From contig JANYCH010000226.1 of NCBI GenBank assembly GCA_025360395.1, positions 1-41,246 of the forward strand: 41,246 nucleotides of DNA, given 5' to 3'. Both the position numbers and the translations under genes were made by a program. The notes below the pieces were generated by a model. The model searched no databases, was not told the origin of the DNA, and was given only the letters and a program-made list of their open reading frames with translations. This document shows, one piece after another, positions 10,414 through 20,163 of the stretch (positions are counted from its first letter, which is position 1; the number at the start of each line of letters is the position of its first letter). This DNA comes from Cytophagales bacterium. GTDB lineage: Bacteria > Bacteroidota > Bacteroidia > Cytophagales > UBA9547.

Positions 10414-13400
10414 ATGAGATCATTTCACAGAATTATAGTTTCGGGTCTGTTAGTCCTACTATCACATTGTGTAAATGCTCAAAATTGCTTTTGGAAATTA
10501 ATTTCTGCTAAAAACCATCATACACTTGCCATTAAGTCTGATGGAACACTTTGGGGCTGGGGAAATAATGAATATGGCCAATTGGGAGATGGGTCAACTA
10601 TTAATAAAAACAGCCCGGTTCAAATCGGGAATGAGAATAAATGGATACAAATTGCAACAGGCTACAACCACAGTTATGGAATAAAATCTGATGGGACACT
10701 TTGGTCATGGGGTAATAATTATTATGGTCAATTAGGCGATAAATCTTACATCGACAAAACCAGCCCTGTAAGGGTTGGTACAGATTCCAACTGGATTTAT
10801 ATTTCTTCAGGCTGGCATCATGGAATTGCTGTTAAGTCTAATGGAACAATTTGGGGATGGGGTTTAAATAATTATGGACAAGTGGGGGATGGTTCTGTTG
10901 ACAACAAAAACCAGCCAACACAAGTAGGTTCTGATAATACATGGTCTTTAATCAGTTGTGGAAATTCCCATAGTATAGCTTTAAAATCTAACGGCTCGCT
11001 TTGGGCATGGGGTTTAAACAGCAATGGGCAAATAGGTGACGGTACAAATGTTGAAAAACATATACCTACTCAGGAAACCAGCGGATCGAGCTGGAAAAAA
11101 ATCATTACTTCTTCTGAACATAATCTGGGTATAAAGTCTGACAATACTTTATGGGCCTGGGGATCAAATTATTCTGGTCAGCTTGGTGATGGTACAAAGA
11201 CCAGCAAACTTAGCCCAGTTCAAATCGGACTTCCAGAATGGAAAAATATTGCAACAGGTGAGGAAGGGAGCTTGGGAATCAAATCTGACGGAACACTATG
11301 GGGTTGGGGATCGGACCAATATGGTCAAATAGGTGATGGAAGCTCTGTCGGAAAGAGAAATCCCGTACAAGTAGGCGTTGATAATAACTGGGCTAACATT
11401 TTTTCAGGATCGTTTCATTCACTGGGATTAAAATCGGATGGTACTTTTTGGGCATGGGGTAACAATGATCTTGGTGAAGTGGGTGATGGAACGAATGTAA
11501 ACAAATATTATCCTACTCAAATTGCAAATGGAAACTGCATTAGCTCTAATCTTTTTTGGATACCTGATGGTAATTTGCGCCTTTATTTAAAAAATCAATA
11601 CCCAGCATGTTTCACCAGTTCGGATTACTTGAATACTGATTGCGCAAACAATGCTGCTATAAATTCTATTTTAATTTCCGGGAAGCAAATTTCAAATTTG
11701 GATGGGATCCAATATTTTTCAAATCTCACTTCTATTGATTGCAGAAGTAATAATCTTACATATTTGCCTGCACTGCCTCCTGCTCTAAACACTTTTATTT
11801 CAAGTCAAAATTGTTTCTGTTCTCAAATCCCTAACCGGCCAGTATCATTTCCAGCATCCGGAACCTGGCAGATTACACCGAACAAGGTAAGTTGTACCAC
11901 CCATTTAAGTTTGCCCATAAGTCCGATTGTTACAGATATCAATACACCGACAACTCTTTTAATCGGAAAAGCTATTTATTTCAATGGAACAAACTCCCAT
12001 ATTGATTTTCCTTCCTTTGCGATGGCAGAATCTCCAGTCACGATTGAATTTTGGGCTAAACCTGAGGTTTCTAATTCATCAAAATCTGTCATCTTAAACA
12101 TTGGCGGAGCAAATGGTATCATCATTTCAAAACCAGATGCTATTAACAATCTAAATTCTACGAATTTTACTTATGGTTCAGGAGGGGATGTTCCGGTAAT
12201 AAACGTTCCAGAATCTTCTAACTGGAACCATTATGCATTTACCTGTACAGGAAAGGCGGGTACCTATAATTTTTATCTTAACGGTGAGCTTATTAAATCA
12301 GGTAACCTTTCAAATTTAAGTATTAGTTTGTCTGGTTTAATCATTGGATCAGGTAATACATTAACAGATTTTTACAAAGGTTATTTACATGACATGAGAA
12401 TCTGGAAAAAAGTAAGGACTCAGGATGAAATTGTTTCCACAATAAATTCATTTAATGACTTCACTAATAATGACCTGATAGGGGCTTACAAATTAAATGA
12501 GGGAAATGGATTTGTTCCTAAAGACTATTCCACTAAAAATATCGGTGGCAGCATTTCGAATTGCTCCTGGGGCGATATTGATAATCAAGCTGTTTATGCC
12601 TGGTCTCCGGGAACTTATCTTTCAGGTTCTTCCGGTCAGAATGTTAATTTCAATTCTTCTGTTCCCAACAATTATTCTTATACCATAACTGCCAGCAAAC
12701 AAGGTTCTTGTCAAAGCTCACAAACTATCAGCATAACAGCAAAAAATAATATCGGAAGAGATTTTGCCAGCCCTATCCAAATTGGAAATTTAAACTATGG
12801 TGCTAATTACAGTAATACTCAGAATAATAGCCCATCAAATGGTTTTAGAAACGATGTAGGTCAGCCTAGCGACGACATATTTTATTCATTTACGATAAGC
12901 CAGAGCTCTAATGTTACAATTAGCCATTGCAATTCTGGCTTGTCGGACACTTATTTACACCTGTTTAATTCTAGCAGGACTTTGATAAATTCAAATGACG
13001 ATTATGGGCCTTCCTGTCAAAATTATAGGGCTTCCCTAACCAACAACTTAGCACCGGGAACATACTATATTGCAAGTGAGGGATATAATCTGAATGCCGG
13101 AGATATAACAACTGAAGTAAAAGTTCAGGAATGCGTTTCAATGCCAGGTACTAATTATTTAAATCCTATTGTGATCAGTAATAACATAGGATCGTGCTTT
13201 TCTTATAATGATGTTAAAAATAATGCTGCTTGTTATGGTAATGATTATGGTCAGCCAAGTGAAGATATATTTTACAAATTCACATTAAACTCAACGCAGA
13301 CAGTCACAATATCAAATTGCGGATCAGAAATTACTGATTCATACATGACTTTGCTAGATGCAAACGGAAACTATTTTGATTCAAATGATGATAGCCCTAA

Positions 13401-13830
13401 TTGTTCAGCCAGTTTACAATCTTATTTAAAAAGAGACTTGCCTGCAGGAACGTATTATATTGTTGAGGAAGGTTATGGCAGTTCTTCTGGTTTTATTAAA
13501 GTAACCTTTAAGACTGGTACTAATTGCAGAACTGAAGATCCTGAAGTTTCAAATGAAAAAAATCCAGTCAACAAGGAGTTAGAAATTATCTCCACCTCCA
13601 TTTCTCTTTTTCCAAATCCGGCAAATGGAGTCGTGACGTTAAATATTCCGGATAATAATGAAAATACTTTGGTAGCAATTAAAGATATTTCCGGTAAAAT
13701 TGTCCAATCAATTCAAACCAGTTCAATCCTAACAGAGATCAACACTTCTGAATTAAACAGTGGGATGTATTATGTTTCTTTCCAATATAATAACCGAATA
13801 GAAAACTTAAAGCTTCAAATTACCAAGTAA
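10414..13830 (+). CDS. Secreted multidomain protein: signal peptide, 7-blade RCC1-like beta-propeller, LRR-like segment, LamG/concanavalin-like domain, two PPC (pre-peptidase C-terminal) domains, T9SS C-terminal sorting domain
   Basis: The N-terminal signal is MRSFHRIIVSGLLVLLSHCVNAQ. Seven repeats of ..SDGTLWGWGNNxYGQLGDG.. follow. The LamG-type motifs are FNGTNSHIDFP...IEFWAKPE...NWNHYAFTC...YLNGELI...GYLHDMRIWKK. Two paralogous ~120-aa modules (GQPS.DIFY.FT....VTIS.C......D.Y..L......NS.NDD...C......L.PGTYYI..EGY) come next. The terminal LFPNPANGVVTLNI...GMYYVSFQYNN...LQITK matches the Por/T9SS tail pattern. Confidence 0.9.
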   Translation: MRSFHRIIVSGLLVLLSHCVNAQNCFWKLISAKNHHTLAIKSDGTLWGWGNNEYGQLGDGSTINKNSPVQIGNENKWIQIATGYNHSYGIKSDGTLWSWGNNYYGQLGDKSYIDKTSPVRVGTDSNWIYISSGWHHGIAVKSNGTIWGWGLNNYGQVGDGSVDNKNQPTQVGSDNTWSLISCGNSHSIALKSNGSLWAWGLNSNGQIGDGTNVEKHIPTQETSGSSWKKIITSSEHNLGIKSDNTLWAWGSNYSGQLGDGTKTSKLSPVQIGLPEWKNIATGEEGSLGIKSDGTLWGWGSDQYGQIGDGSSVGKRNPVQVGVDNNWANIFSGSFHSLGLKSDGTFWAWGNNDLGEVGDGTNVNKYYPTQIANGNCISSNLFWIPDGNLRLYLKNQYPACFTSSDYLNTDCANNAAINSILISGKQISNLDGIQYFSNLTSIDCRSNNLTYLPALPPALNTFISSQNCFCSQIPNRPVSFPASGTWQITPNKVSCTTHLSLPISPIVTDINTPTTLLIGKAIYFNGTNSHIDFPSFAMAESPVTIEFWAKPEVSNSSKSVILNIGGANGIIISKPDAINNLNSTNFTYGSGGDVPVINVPESSNWNHYAFTCTGKAGTYNFYLNGELIKSGNLSNLSISLSGLIIGSGNTLTDFYKGYLHDMRIWKKVRTQDEIVSTINSFNDFTNNDLIGAYKLNEGNGFVPKDYSTKNIGGSISNCSWGDIDNQAVYAWSPGTYLSGSSGQNVNFNSSVPNNYSYTITASKQGSCQSSQTISITAKNNIGRDFASPIQIGNLNYGANYSNTQNNSPSNGFRNDVGQPSDDIFYSFTISQSSNVTISHCNSGLSDTYLHLFNSSRTLINSNDDYGPSCQNYRASLTNNLAPGTYYIASEGYNLNAGDITTEVKVQECVSMPGTNYLNPIVISNNIGSCFSYNDVKNNAACYGNDYGQPSEDIFYKFTLNSTQTVTISNCGSEITDSYMTLLDANGNYFDSNDDSPNCSASLQSYLKRDLPAGTYYIVEEGYGSSSGFIKVTFKTGTNCRTEDPEVSNEKNPVNKELEIISTSISLFPNPANGVVTLNIPDNNENTLVAIKDISGKIVQSIQTSSILTEINTSELNSGMYYVSFQYNNRIENLKLQITK
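10534..11530 (+). repeat. Seven in-frame tandem RCC1-blade coding repeats with a 150-nt period (one spacing is 147 nt)
   Basis: The motif aa(a/g)tc(t/g)(g/a)a.gg.ac..t.tgg...tgggg recurs at 10534, 10684, 10834, 10984, 11134, 11281 and 11431. Confidence 0.9.
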
Positions 13831-13868
13831 GAAGCTGGTTATTTAAACAACTATTACCCTAAAATAGC

Positions 13869-14465
13869 TTATTTTTTATTTCTGGCTTCCAATACTTCTA
13901 TTACTTCATTTAGAGAATATCCTTTTGCTTCAAGCAGGACGAAGTAGTGATAAAGCAAATCTGCAGCTTCCCCAAGGAACAATTCCTTGTTATCGTCTTT
14001 GGCTTCAATAACCAATTCAACAGCCTCCTCCCCTACTTTTTGTGCTACTTTGTTAATCCCCTTTTTAAATAAGGATGCAGTGTAAGAAGAGTCGTTCGGC
14101 TGGTTTTTTCTATCTGAAATGGTTTTGATTAAAGTTCTTATAAAAGAAATGGGATCGTGATTACTTTCATTAAAACATGTATCAGCGCCGGTATGGCAAG
14201 TAGGGCCAATTGGTTCGGCTTTAATCAGAATAGAATCACTATCGCAGTCATGGATGATTTCTTTCAAAATCAGGAAATGACCTGAGCTTTCGCCTTTGGT
14301 CCAAAGCCTACCTTTAGTCCTGCTAAAAAAGGTAACTTTTCCTGAATCGACAGTAGTTTGAAGTGCTTCCTTATTCATGAAGGCAACCATTAAAACAACC
14401 CTTGTTTTTACATCCTGGACCACTACCGGAACCAAGCCACCGTGTTTTTCGAAATCAATCTCCAT
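13869..14465 (-). CDS. hisIE: Bifunctional phosphoribosyl-AMP cyclohydrolase / phosphoribosyl-ATP pyrophosphatase
   Basis: 198 aa. The HisI part is LVPVVVQD..T..VLM.AFMN.EAL..T...G...FSR.....W.KGE.SG......I..DCD.D..L....P.GP.CHTG. The HisE part is YT..L...G...V.QKVGEEA.E..IEA, then ...E.ADLLYH..VLL. Confidence 0.93.
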   Translation of the reverse strand: MEIDFEKHGGLVPVVVQDVKTRVVLMVAFMNKEALQTTVDSGKVTFFSRTKGRLWTKGESSGHFLILKEIIHDCDSDSILIKAEPIGPTCHTGADTCFNESNHDPISFIRTLIKTISDRKNQPNDSSYTASLFKKGINKVAQKVGEEAVELVIEAKDDNKELFLGEAADLLYHYFVLLEAKGYSLNEVIEVLEARNKK

Positions 14466-14482
14466 TAAAAATCAATAAGAGT

Positions 14483-14490
14483 CAAAGGTA
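14483..14490 (-). promoter_or_regulatory. Possible -7 motif TAccTTTG upstream of hisIE
   Basis: The plus strand reads caaaggta. It is only 18 nt from the hisIE ATG, which would give a very short leader. Confidence 0.3.
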
Positions 14491-14501
14491 AGATTTAATA
14501 T

Positions 14502-15329
14502 TTAGGCTGTCACAGGATTAGCAAAAACCTGGTCAAAAAATCCTTTCAGGAACAGGGTGCATTCAATTTTCCGCTCAAACATACCCATATGGCCAGTCTG
14601 GGCTAAAAATAATACCGAACTTTGTTTAGGTAAATGACATTGGGCCAGACTTTTTTCAAAAGGTACAGCTGTGTCATCTTTGCCAACAATAAATGCAACT
14701 GGCAATATTGTTTCCTCCAAAACATTAATTCTCTCCTTTCTGTCACGCATAGCCAGTATTGTATTGACTATGTTTTCCGCTTTCATTTTCAAGGCAATTT
14801 TGGTAGCAAAGCTTATACTTTCATTTAATTCTTCTTTTCTACGCCCAAAAAACAATCCGGGAACAAATGGGTTAGAAAAAGCTTCTACACCATGCTTTTT
14901 TACATATTCTGCTGTTTTATTCCTGTTTTCCTTTTTATCAGGAGCATCACTATAAGCAGATGAATGAAAAAAGCAAAAACCTGCCAAAGTCTCTGGAAAT
15001 TTTTCAGCGTAAGCTATTGTAACATAACCTCCTAACGAATGTCCCACCAAAATAAATTTATCTGAAGTGACAGAGACAATGGTTTTATTTACCAACTCTG
15101 CCATTCCTTCTATTGTTGTGGAAGTTCCTAAACCTATAGATTTACCATGTCCAGACAAATCAATGCACACAATATGATAATCTTTTGTAAATGGCTGAAC
15201 GAAAGGCTCCCAAATTTCGCTGCTTTCACAGAAACCATGGAGAAACACAATGGTCTTGCCTTTTCCTGATGAAGTAAAATTTAATAGGTTGTCCATATCC
15301 AAATCTTTAGACAATATACAGAAGTCCAT
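14502..15329 (-). CDS. Alpha/beta-fold hydrolase
   Basis: 275 aa with TIVFLHGF (oxyanion region) and the nucleophile elbow GHSLGG. The true start may be the internal Met at 15296 (MDNLLNF...). Confidence 0.85.
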   Translation of the reverse strand: MDFCILSKDLDMDNLLNFTSSGKGKTIVFLHGFCESSEIWEPFVQPFTKDYHIVCIDLSGHGKSIGLGTSTTIEGMAELVNKTIVSVTSDKFILVGHSLGGYVTIAYAEKFPETLAGFCFFHSSAYSDAPDKKENRNKTAEYVKKHGVEAFSNPFVPGLFFGRRKEELNESISFATKIALKMKAENIVNTILAMRDRKERINVLEETILPVAFIVGKDDTAVPFEKSLAQCHLPKQSSVLFLAQTGHMGMFERKIECTLFLKGFFDQVFANPVTA

Positions 15330-15426
15330 TAAAAAGAATCAGAGAAAAATGATAGTGTTCAATTTTTTTTGGACTAAAAAATCTGAAACTATCTGAAATT
15401 CACTTGGTATAACCAATATAGACTCC

Positions 15427-15434
15427 TATTTTTG
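15427..15434 (+). promoter_or_regulatory. -7 promoter motif TAttTTTG upstream of lysC
   Basis: Lies 25 nt upstream of the lysC ATG, in the divergent intergenic region. Confidence 0.5.
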
Positions 15435-15458
15435 CGACCCTAAATTCAATTCAGATAG

Positions 15459-16790
15459 ATGAAAGTTTGGAAATTCGGAGGAACATCTGTAGGTGCACCA
15501 GAAAGGATGCATTCAATTGCCAATCTTATTAATGATGGCGAAAAAAAGATCGTTGTACTTTCTGCTGTATCAGGAACCACCAATTCTTTAGTTGAAATTT
15601 CAAAATTAAGTTTAAAAAAAGAGTTCGAAGCAGCGAAAGGAAAGGTCCAGGAGTTACAAAATAAATATTTACCATTTGTTGAGAATCTTTACTCAACTGC
15701 AGAAGGTAAATCTAAAGGTCTTTCCATTTTGGAAGAACATTTTGGTTTGCTTAAATCCCATATTAGAGAGGGATTTTCTGAAAAAGAAGAAAAACTCTTC
15801 CTTGCCCAGGGAGAATTAATTTCAACCAAGCTTTTCACCTCTTATTTACAAGAAATAAATAGGAAAGCAGCATTATTGCCTGCTTTGGATTTTATGAAGA
15901 TTGATGAAGAGAACGAGCCTGTTATCTCTTTTACCGAAACAGAACTTAGTAAAATCATCAAACAACATGCTGATATAGAATTATTTATTACTCAAGGATA
16001 TATCTGCCGGAATTTCAGAGGCGAGGTTGATAATTTACAACGAGGTGGAAGCGATTTTACTGCAACCCTTATCGGAGCTGCTTTATATGCCGAAGAAGTT
16101 CAGATTTGGACAGATATTGACGGGATGCATAATAATGATCCACGTGTAGTTAAACGTACATATCCTATTGCAGAAGTATCTTTTGACGAAGCTGCAGAGT
16201 TGGCCTACTTTGGAGCTAAGATCCTGCATCCAACTTGTATACGCCCGACCCAGGAAAGAAAAATTCCGGTAAGGCTTTTAAATACTATGGCGCCTAAAGA
16301 AAAAGGCACTGTCATTACGCAAAAAGGTTCAGGAAATGCTTTTACGGCGGTAGCAGCGAAGGATGGCATTACTGCTATCAAGATCAAATCGACCCGTATG
16401 CTAAATGCTTATGGATTTTTAAGAAGGGTTTTTGAAGTTTTTGAGAAATTTAAAACTTCAGTGGACATGATTACAACTTCTGAAGTGGCCGTTTCACTTT
16501 CTGTGGATAATTCAAAACATCTGGACGCTATTCTTGCTGAGCTTTCAACTTTTGCCGTTGTAGAAGTTGACCATGAACAAACAATAGTTTGTGTTGTGGG
16601 AAATTTCACAGCTGAGCAGCCAGGAATGGCAATAAAAGTTTTTGCTGCCCTGAAAGAAATACCAGTCAGGATGATTTCTTATGGCGGAAGTGAGAACAAT
16701 ATCTCGGTTCTGATAGATTCAAAATATAAGAACGAAGCATTGAATGCAGTAAATGAGGGCGTTTTCTTCGCTGAAAATGTGAGCGTTTAA
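15459..16790 (+). CDS. lysC: Aspartate kinase
   Basis: 443 aa starting MKVWKFGGTSVG, with VVLSAVSGTTN, GGSDFTA..IGAAL, WTDIDGM...DPR, and a C-terminal ACT-like region. Confidence 0.93.
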   Translation: MKVWKFGGTSVGAPERMHSIANLINDGEKKIVVLSAVSGTTNSLVEISKLSLKKEFEAAKGKVQELQNKYLPFVENLYSTAEGKSKGLSILEEHFGLLKSHIREGFSEKEEKLFLAQGELISTKLFTSYLQEINRKAALLPALDFMKIDEENEPVISFTETELSKIIKQHADIELFITQGYICRNFRGEVDNLQRGGSDFTATLIGAALYAEEVQIWTDIDGMHNNDPRVVKRTYPIAEVSFDEAAELAYFGAKILHPTCIRPTQERKIPVRLLNTMAPKEKGTVITQKGSGNAFTAVAAKDGITAIKIKSTRMLNAYGFLRRVFEVFEKFKTSVDMITTSEVAVSLSVDNSKHLDAILAELSTFAVVEVDHEQTIVCVVGNFTAEQPGMAIKVFAALKEIPVRMISYGGSENNISVLIDSKYKNEALNAVNEGVFFAENVSV

Positions 16791-16805
16791 ATACCATCTT
16801 TTATA

Positions 16806-16840
16806 ATGCAAAAAGCCACCTTATGGGAGGCTTTTTGCAT
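16806..16840. terminator. Bidirectional intrinsic terminator between convergent lysC and gatB
   Basis: atgcaaaaagcc (16806-16817) pairs with ggctttttgcat (16829-16840). The A/T runs inside the arms give a U-tract in both orientations. Confidence 0.75.
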
Positions 16841-16861
16841 TTACCGATCTGCTAAATTTAA

Positions 16862-18319
16862 TTATTCTATTGAATCCAATTCTTTTATAACCAATTCGCT
16901 GGCAAGCTTAGGGTCCGCTTTTCCTTTGCTTCTTCTCATCACTTCACCCATAAACAACCCGAGAATTCCCTTCTTCCCACCTCTGTATTCAGCCACTTTT
17001 GCCGGCATTTCTGCCAATACTGATTTGATTATAGGTAAAAGAGAATCTGAATTACTGTCCTGAAGAATATTTAATTCCTTTGCTAACTGCAACGGAGTTT
17101 TTGCCGGAGAAATAAGCATTTCAGGATAAATAGTTTGCTGTGCAGCTGTATGGCTCACTTTCCTGCTGTCAACCAGTTCTATTAATTCCGCTAGTTTGGC
17201 AGGTGTGACAGGATAATCTTTAATATGAAGTGTCAGTTCATTTAAAAATGATTTAACCGGCCCCATAACCCAATTTGATGCAGCCTTATAGTTTGTTGTT
17301 TTGCCACATATTTCCTCAAAGAACAAGGCAATCTCTTTATTGTCTGTCAAGACGTAGGCATCATATTCTGGCAAACCGTATTGTTTTTGAAACTTGTCTA
17401 ACAAATAGTTAGGCAAAGGAGGCATAGCAGACCTAATATTGGTTAACCATTCTTCAGATACAATAATAGGTTGAAGGTCTGGCTCAGGAAAATACCGATA
17501 ATCGTTCATTTCCTCTTTTGTACGCATGCTGGCAGTTTTACCGGTTCCAGCATCAAAAGTTCTTGTCTCAGAAATAATAGTTTCACCCTTTTCAAGCTGA
17601 TCGATCTGGCGGTCTATTTCATGTTCTATTGCACGCTGCACATTTCGGATAGAGTTCATATTCTTGACCTCCACCTTTTTACCCAAAGTTTTACTGCCCT
17701 TCAACATGACGGAAATATTAGCATCACAACGAAGTGATCCTTCTTCCATATTTCCATCGCATATTTCTAAATATCTCACCAGTTTCCGTACTTCTGTCAG
17801 AAACTGGTAGGCTTCATCAGAAGAAAAAAGATCTGGTTCAGAAACCATTTCTATAAGTGGAACGCCCGCCCTGTTGTAATCAACAAGCGTATCAGTTTCT
17901 CCATCTATATGGATTGATTTGCCTGCATCTTCTTCCATGTGGATCCTGTTCAGTTGAACTTCACGGTAGCTACCATCATTTAACTTAATTTTTACTTTTC
18001 CCCCAATGCAAATAGGATGCTTGTCTTGTGTGATCTGGTAACCTTTGGGAAGGTCAGGGTAGTAATAATTTTTGCGTGCGTATTCGTTGTACCTTGAAAT
18101 CTCACTTCCGCAAGCGAGCCCAATTTTCATCGCAAATTCTACAGCGGTTTTATTCGCTTTGGGCAATGCACCCGGATGGGCCAAAGTAATCACGGAAACA
18201 TTTGTATTTGGCAAATCCCCGAATTCTGCCGAGTCCCCAACAAATGCCTTACTAATTGTAAGCATCTGACAATGAACTTCTAATCCTATAACAGGCTGGT
18301 ACTTATCTCTTAAAGACAT
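16862..18319 (-). CDS. gatB: Asp-tRNA(Asn)/Glu-tRNA(Gln) amidotransferase subunit B
   Basis: 485 aa with YQPVIGLEVHCQM.T.SK.F and ..YPDLPKGYQITQ....RIHMEEDAGK....RCDANISV, plus a C-terminal GatB/YqeY domain. Confidence 0.95.
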   Translation of the reverse strand: MSLRDKYQPVIGLEVHCQMLTISKAFVGDSAEFGDLPNTNVSVITLAHPGALPKANKTAVEFAMKIGLACGSEISRYNEYARKNYYYPDLPKGYQITQDKHPICIGGKVKIKLNDGSYREVQLNRIHMEEDAGKSIHIDGETDTLVDYNRAGVPLIEMVSEPDLFSSDEAYQFLTEVRKLVRYLEICDGNMEEGSLRCDANISVMLKGSKTLGKKVEVKNMNSIRNVQRAIEHEIDRQIDQLEKGETIISETRTFDAGTGKTASMRTKEEMNDYRYFPEPDLQPIIVSEEWLTNIRSAMPPLPNYLLDKFQKQYGLPEYDAYVLTDNKEIALFFEEICGKTTNYKAASNWVMGPVKSFLNELTLHIKDYPVTPAKLAELIELVDSRKVSHTAAQQTIYPEMLISPAKTPLQLAKELNILQDSNSDSLLPIIKSVLAEMPAKVAEYRGGKKGILGLFMGEVMRRSKGKADPKLASELVIKELDSIE

Positions 18320-18361
18320 TGAAAAACAATTGTTCAGGTGATTTATACACTAAAATAAACG

Positions 18362-18369
18362 CAAAGATA
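18362..18369 (-). promoter_or_regulatory. -7 promoter motif TAtcTTTG upstream of gatB
   Basis: The plus strand reads caaagata. It lies 43 nt upstream of the gatB ATG, in the 71-bp gap after the histidine kinase stop. Confidence 0.5.
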
Positions 18370-18390
18370 GTATCTATATCCAAACATAAA

Positions 18391-20163
18391 TTACGATTCC
18401 TTTCTAAAATATACCTTAAATGCACTTCCCTTATCTATTTCACTTTCAACCTCAATTTTTCCTCCGGCATTTTCAACTATTTTCTTCACCATATAAAGTC
18501 CAACTCCGGTACCTTCAACATGGTTATGTAACCTGCCGAACATGGCAAATAGTTTATTCTTTTTGCTCATATCTATTCCCAGACCATTGTCTTTTACTGT
18601 AATGGTCTGGAAATTGTCTTCATGTCCACACTCAATTGTAATTTCAGGCCTTCTTTCAGGATGTGAGTATTTTATGCTGTTTGACAAAAGATTATAAATT
18701 ATACTTCTGATGTTTTTTCTTGAAGTAAAAATTGAATCACAATGATCCACATCAATATTTATTAATGCATTTGATTTTCTGACACTAGTGGAAAGGTCTA
18801 ATAATACTTCATCAATAATTTCATGAACAATTACAACGTTCATTTCCTGTTCACTTGCCTTTTGTATCCGGCTGATGTCTGTTAAGTCTTCGATGGTTTT
18901 CTTGAACCTATCTACCGAAGTTTCTATGAAACCTAATAGCATATTTGAGGTATCGTCCTTTTCGTTTTGATTTAGATTTTCCTGTAATGCCGTAACCAGG
19001 CCTTCTATATTGGAAATTGGCGCCTTTAAGTCGTGAGACGCAGTGTAAATAAAGTTATCCAGATCATTGTTTATAGTTATCAATTGCTGGTTTGTTTCTT
19101 CCAATTCCTCAATAGTTGTCCGTAATTCCTCGTGGGCAGTCTGCAATTCCTCATTTGATGTTGCTAATTCCTGGTAAAGCGATTCCAGTTCCTTTTTGGT
19201 TTTAACCTGGGCTGTGACCTCAAATACAAATGCCAAAACTCCATCAACTATGCCATTATCATCCCGGCGGGGATGGTAAATAAAATTGAAATACCTGTCT
19301 TCCAGGTTATTATTAATATGATTGGTGAGAGGTACATGGATTTCTTTGCCTTCAAAGGGCTGCCCCGATTCCTGAACCTGTTTAAGTATTTGATAAATAT
19401 CCTGTTCCCTTATTTCCGGCAAAGCTTCCAGAATTGGTTTATTCATAAGATCACGACCAGGCAATAATTGCTGATATAGAGGATTAACAAGTTCAAACAC
19501 AAGTTCCGGTCCATCTAATACACAAATGCCTGCAGGTGCCTGCATAAAAAACCTTTCCAGTTTGTCCTTTACCCTTTTAATACCCGATTGGGCTTGCAAC
19601 AATTCTACCGTTCTTTCTGTGACTTTAATTTCAAGATCGTTGTTTAGCGATTCAAGTAATTGTTTGGTAGCCAATAGTTCCGAATTCAGGTCAAAGGCTT
19701 TTTCCTTTGCTTGCTTTTCTTCGTAATGGGATATTGTTAATTCTTTGGCAACATTATTCAGCCTTTCCTCTAGCAGTTTTTCCTCGTGAATATCTGTATT
19801 GGTCCCTACCCAACGCAATAAATTACCATTATTATCTTTCACCGGTAAAGCATGTATAACATGCCAACGATATGTATGGTCATGCTTTAAAATGCGTGCA
19901 TTTACCCTGTATGGTTCAAAGGTTTTTAGTGAATGGGTCCATAAAATGACTAATGCTGGCAAGTCTTCCGGATGTATTGCACCTGCCCATCCTTGTCCTT
20001 TAGATTCGTCATAAGTCCAATGTGAATACTTATACCATTGCTCATTAAAATAATCCAGACTTCCATCTGGTTTTGCTGTCCATACCTGGTGAGGTATAAC
20101 ATCCATTAAACCTGAGTTTAAGGTTTCCTCAATATTAATATTAGTGTTTGAGCCCTGGGACAT
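18391..20163 (-). CDS. Cytoplasmic PAS-PAS sensor histidine kinase with no adjacent response regulator
   Basis: 590 aa with no obvious transmembrane segment. It has two PAS-like modules (..W.A.PDGSLDYFN..W; FFMQAPAGICVLDGPELVFELVNP) separated by coiled coils. The H-box is ASHDLKAPISNIEG, and the HATPase motifs are NLLSNSIKYS, DNGLGID and GTGVGLYMVKKIVE. Confidence 0.9.
   Translation of the reverse strand: MSQGSNTNINIEETLNSGLMDVIPHQVWTAKPDGSLDYFNEQWYKYSHWTYDESKGQGWAGAIHPEDLPALVILWTHSLKTFEPYRVNARILKHDHTYRWHVIHALPVKDNNGNLLRWVGTNTDIHEEKLLEERLNNVAKELTISHYEEKQAKEKAFDLNSELLATKQLLESLNNDLEIKVTERTVELLQAQSGIKRVKDKLERFFMQAPAGICVLDGPELVFELVNPLYQQLLPGRDLMNKPILEALPEIREQDIYQILKQVQESGQPFEGKEIHVPLTNHINNNLEDRYFNFIYHPRRDDNGIVDGVLAFVFEVTAQVKTKKELESLYQELATSNEELQTAHEELRTTIEELEETNQQLITINNDLDNFIYTASHDLKAPISNIEGLVTALQENLNQNEKDDTSNMLLGFIETSVDRFKKTIEDLTDISRIQKASEQEMNVVIVHEIIDEVLLDLSTSVRKSNALINIDVDHCDSIFTSRKNIRSIIYNLLSNSIKYSHPERRPEITIECGHEDNFQTITVKDNGLGIDMSKKNKLFAMFGRLHNHVEGTGVGLYMVKKIVENAGGKIEVESEIDKGSAFKVYFRKES

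Noticed and set aside
10534-11530. A regular 150-nt periodic repeat that could superficially suggest a CRISPR-like or satellite array.
   Set aside because: The repeats are in frame within one long ORF and encode RCC1 beta-propeller blades. The repeat units are diverged and there is no repeat/spacer architecture.
15330-15458. Possible lysine riboswitch (L-box) or other leader upstream of lysC.
   Set aside because: The promoter-like motif is only 25 nt from the ATG, and the 129-bp intergenic region is AT-rich with no extended helices. That is too short and unstructured for an L-box.
16806-18531. ORFs 16806-17063 (+) and 18319-18531 (+) at the ends of gatB and the histidine kinase, and likewise 32598-32795 (+).
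   Set aside because: Each starts in an intergenic terminator or promoter region and runs antisense into a well-supported gene, so they are chance ORFs.
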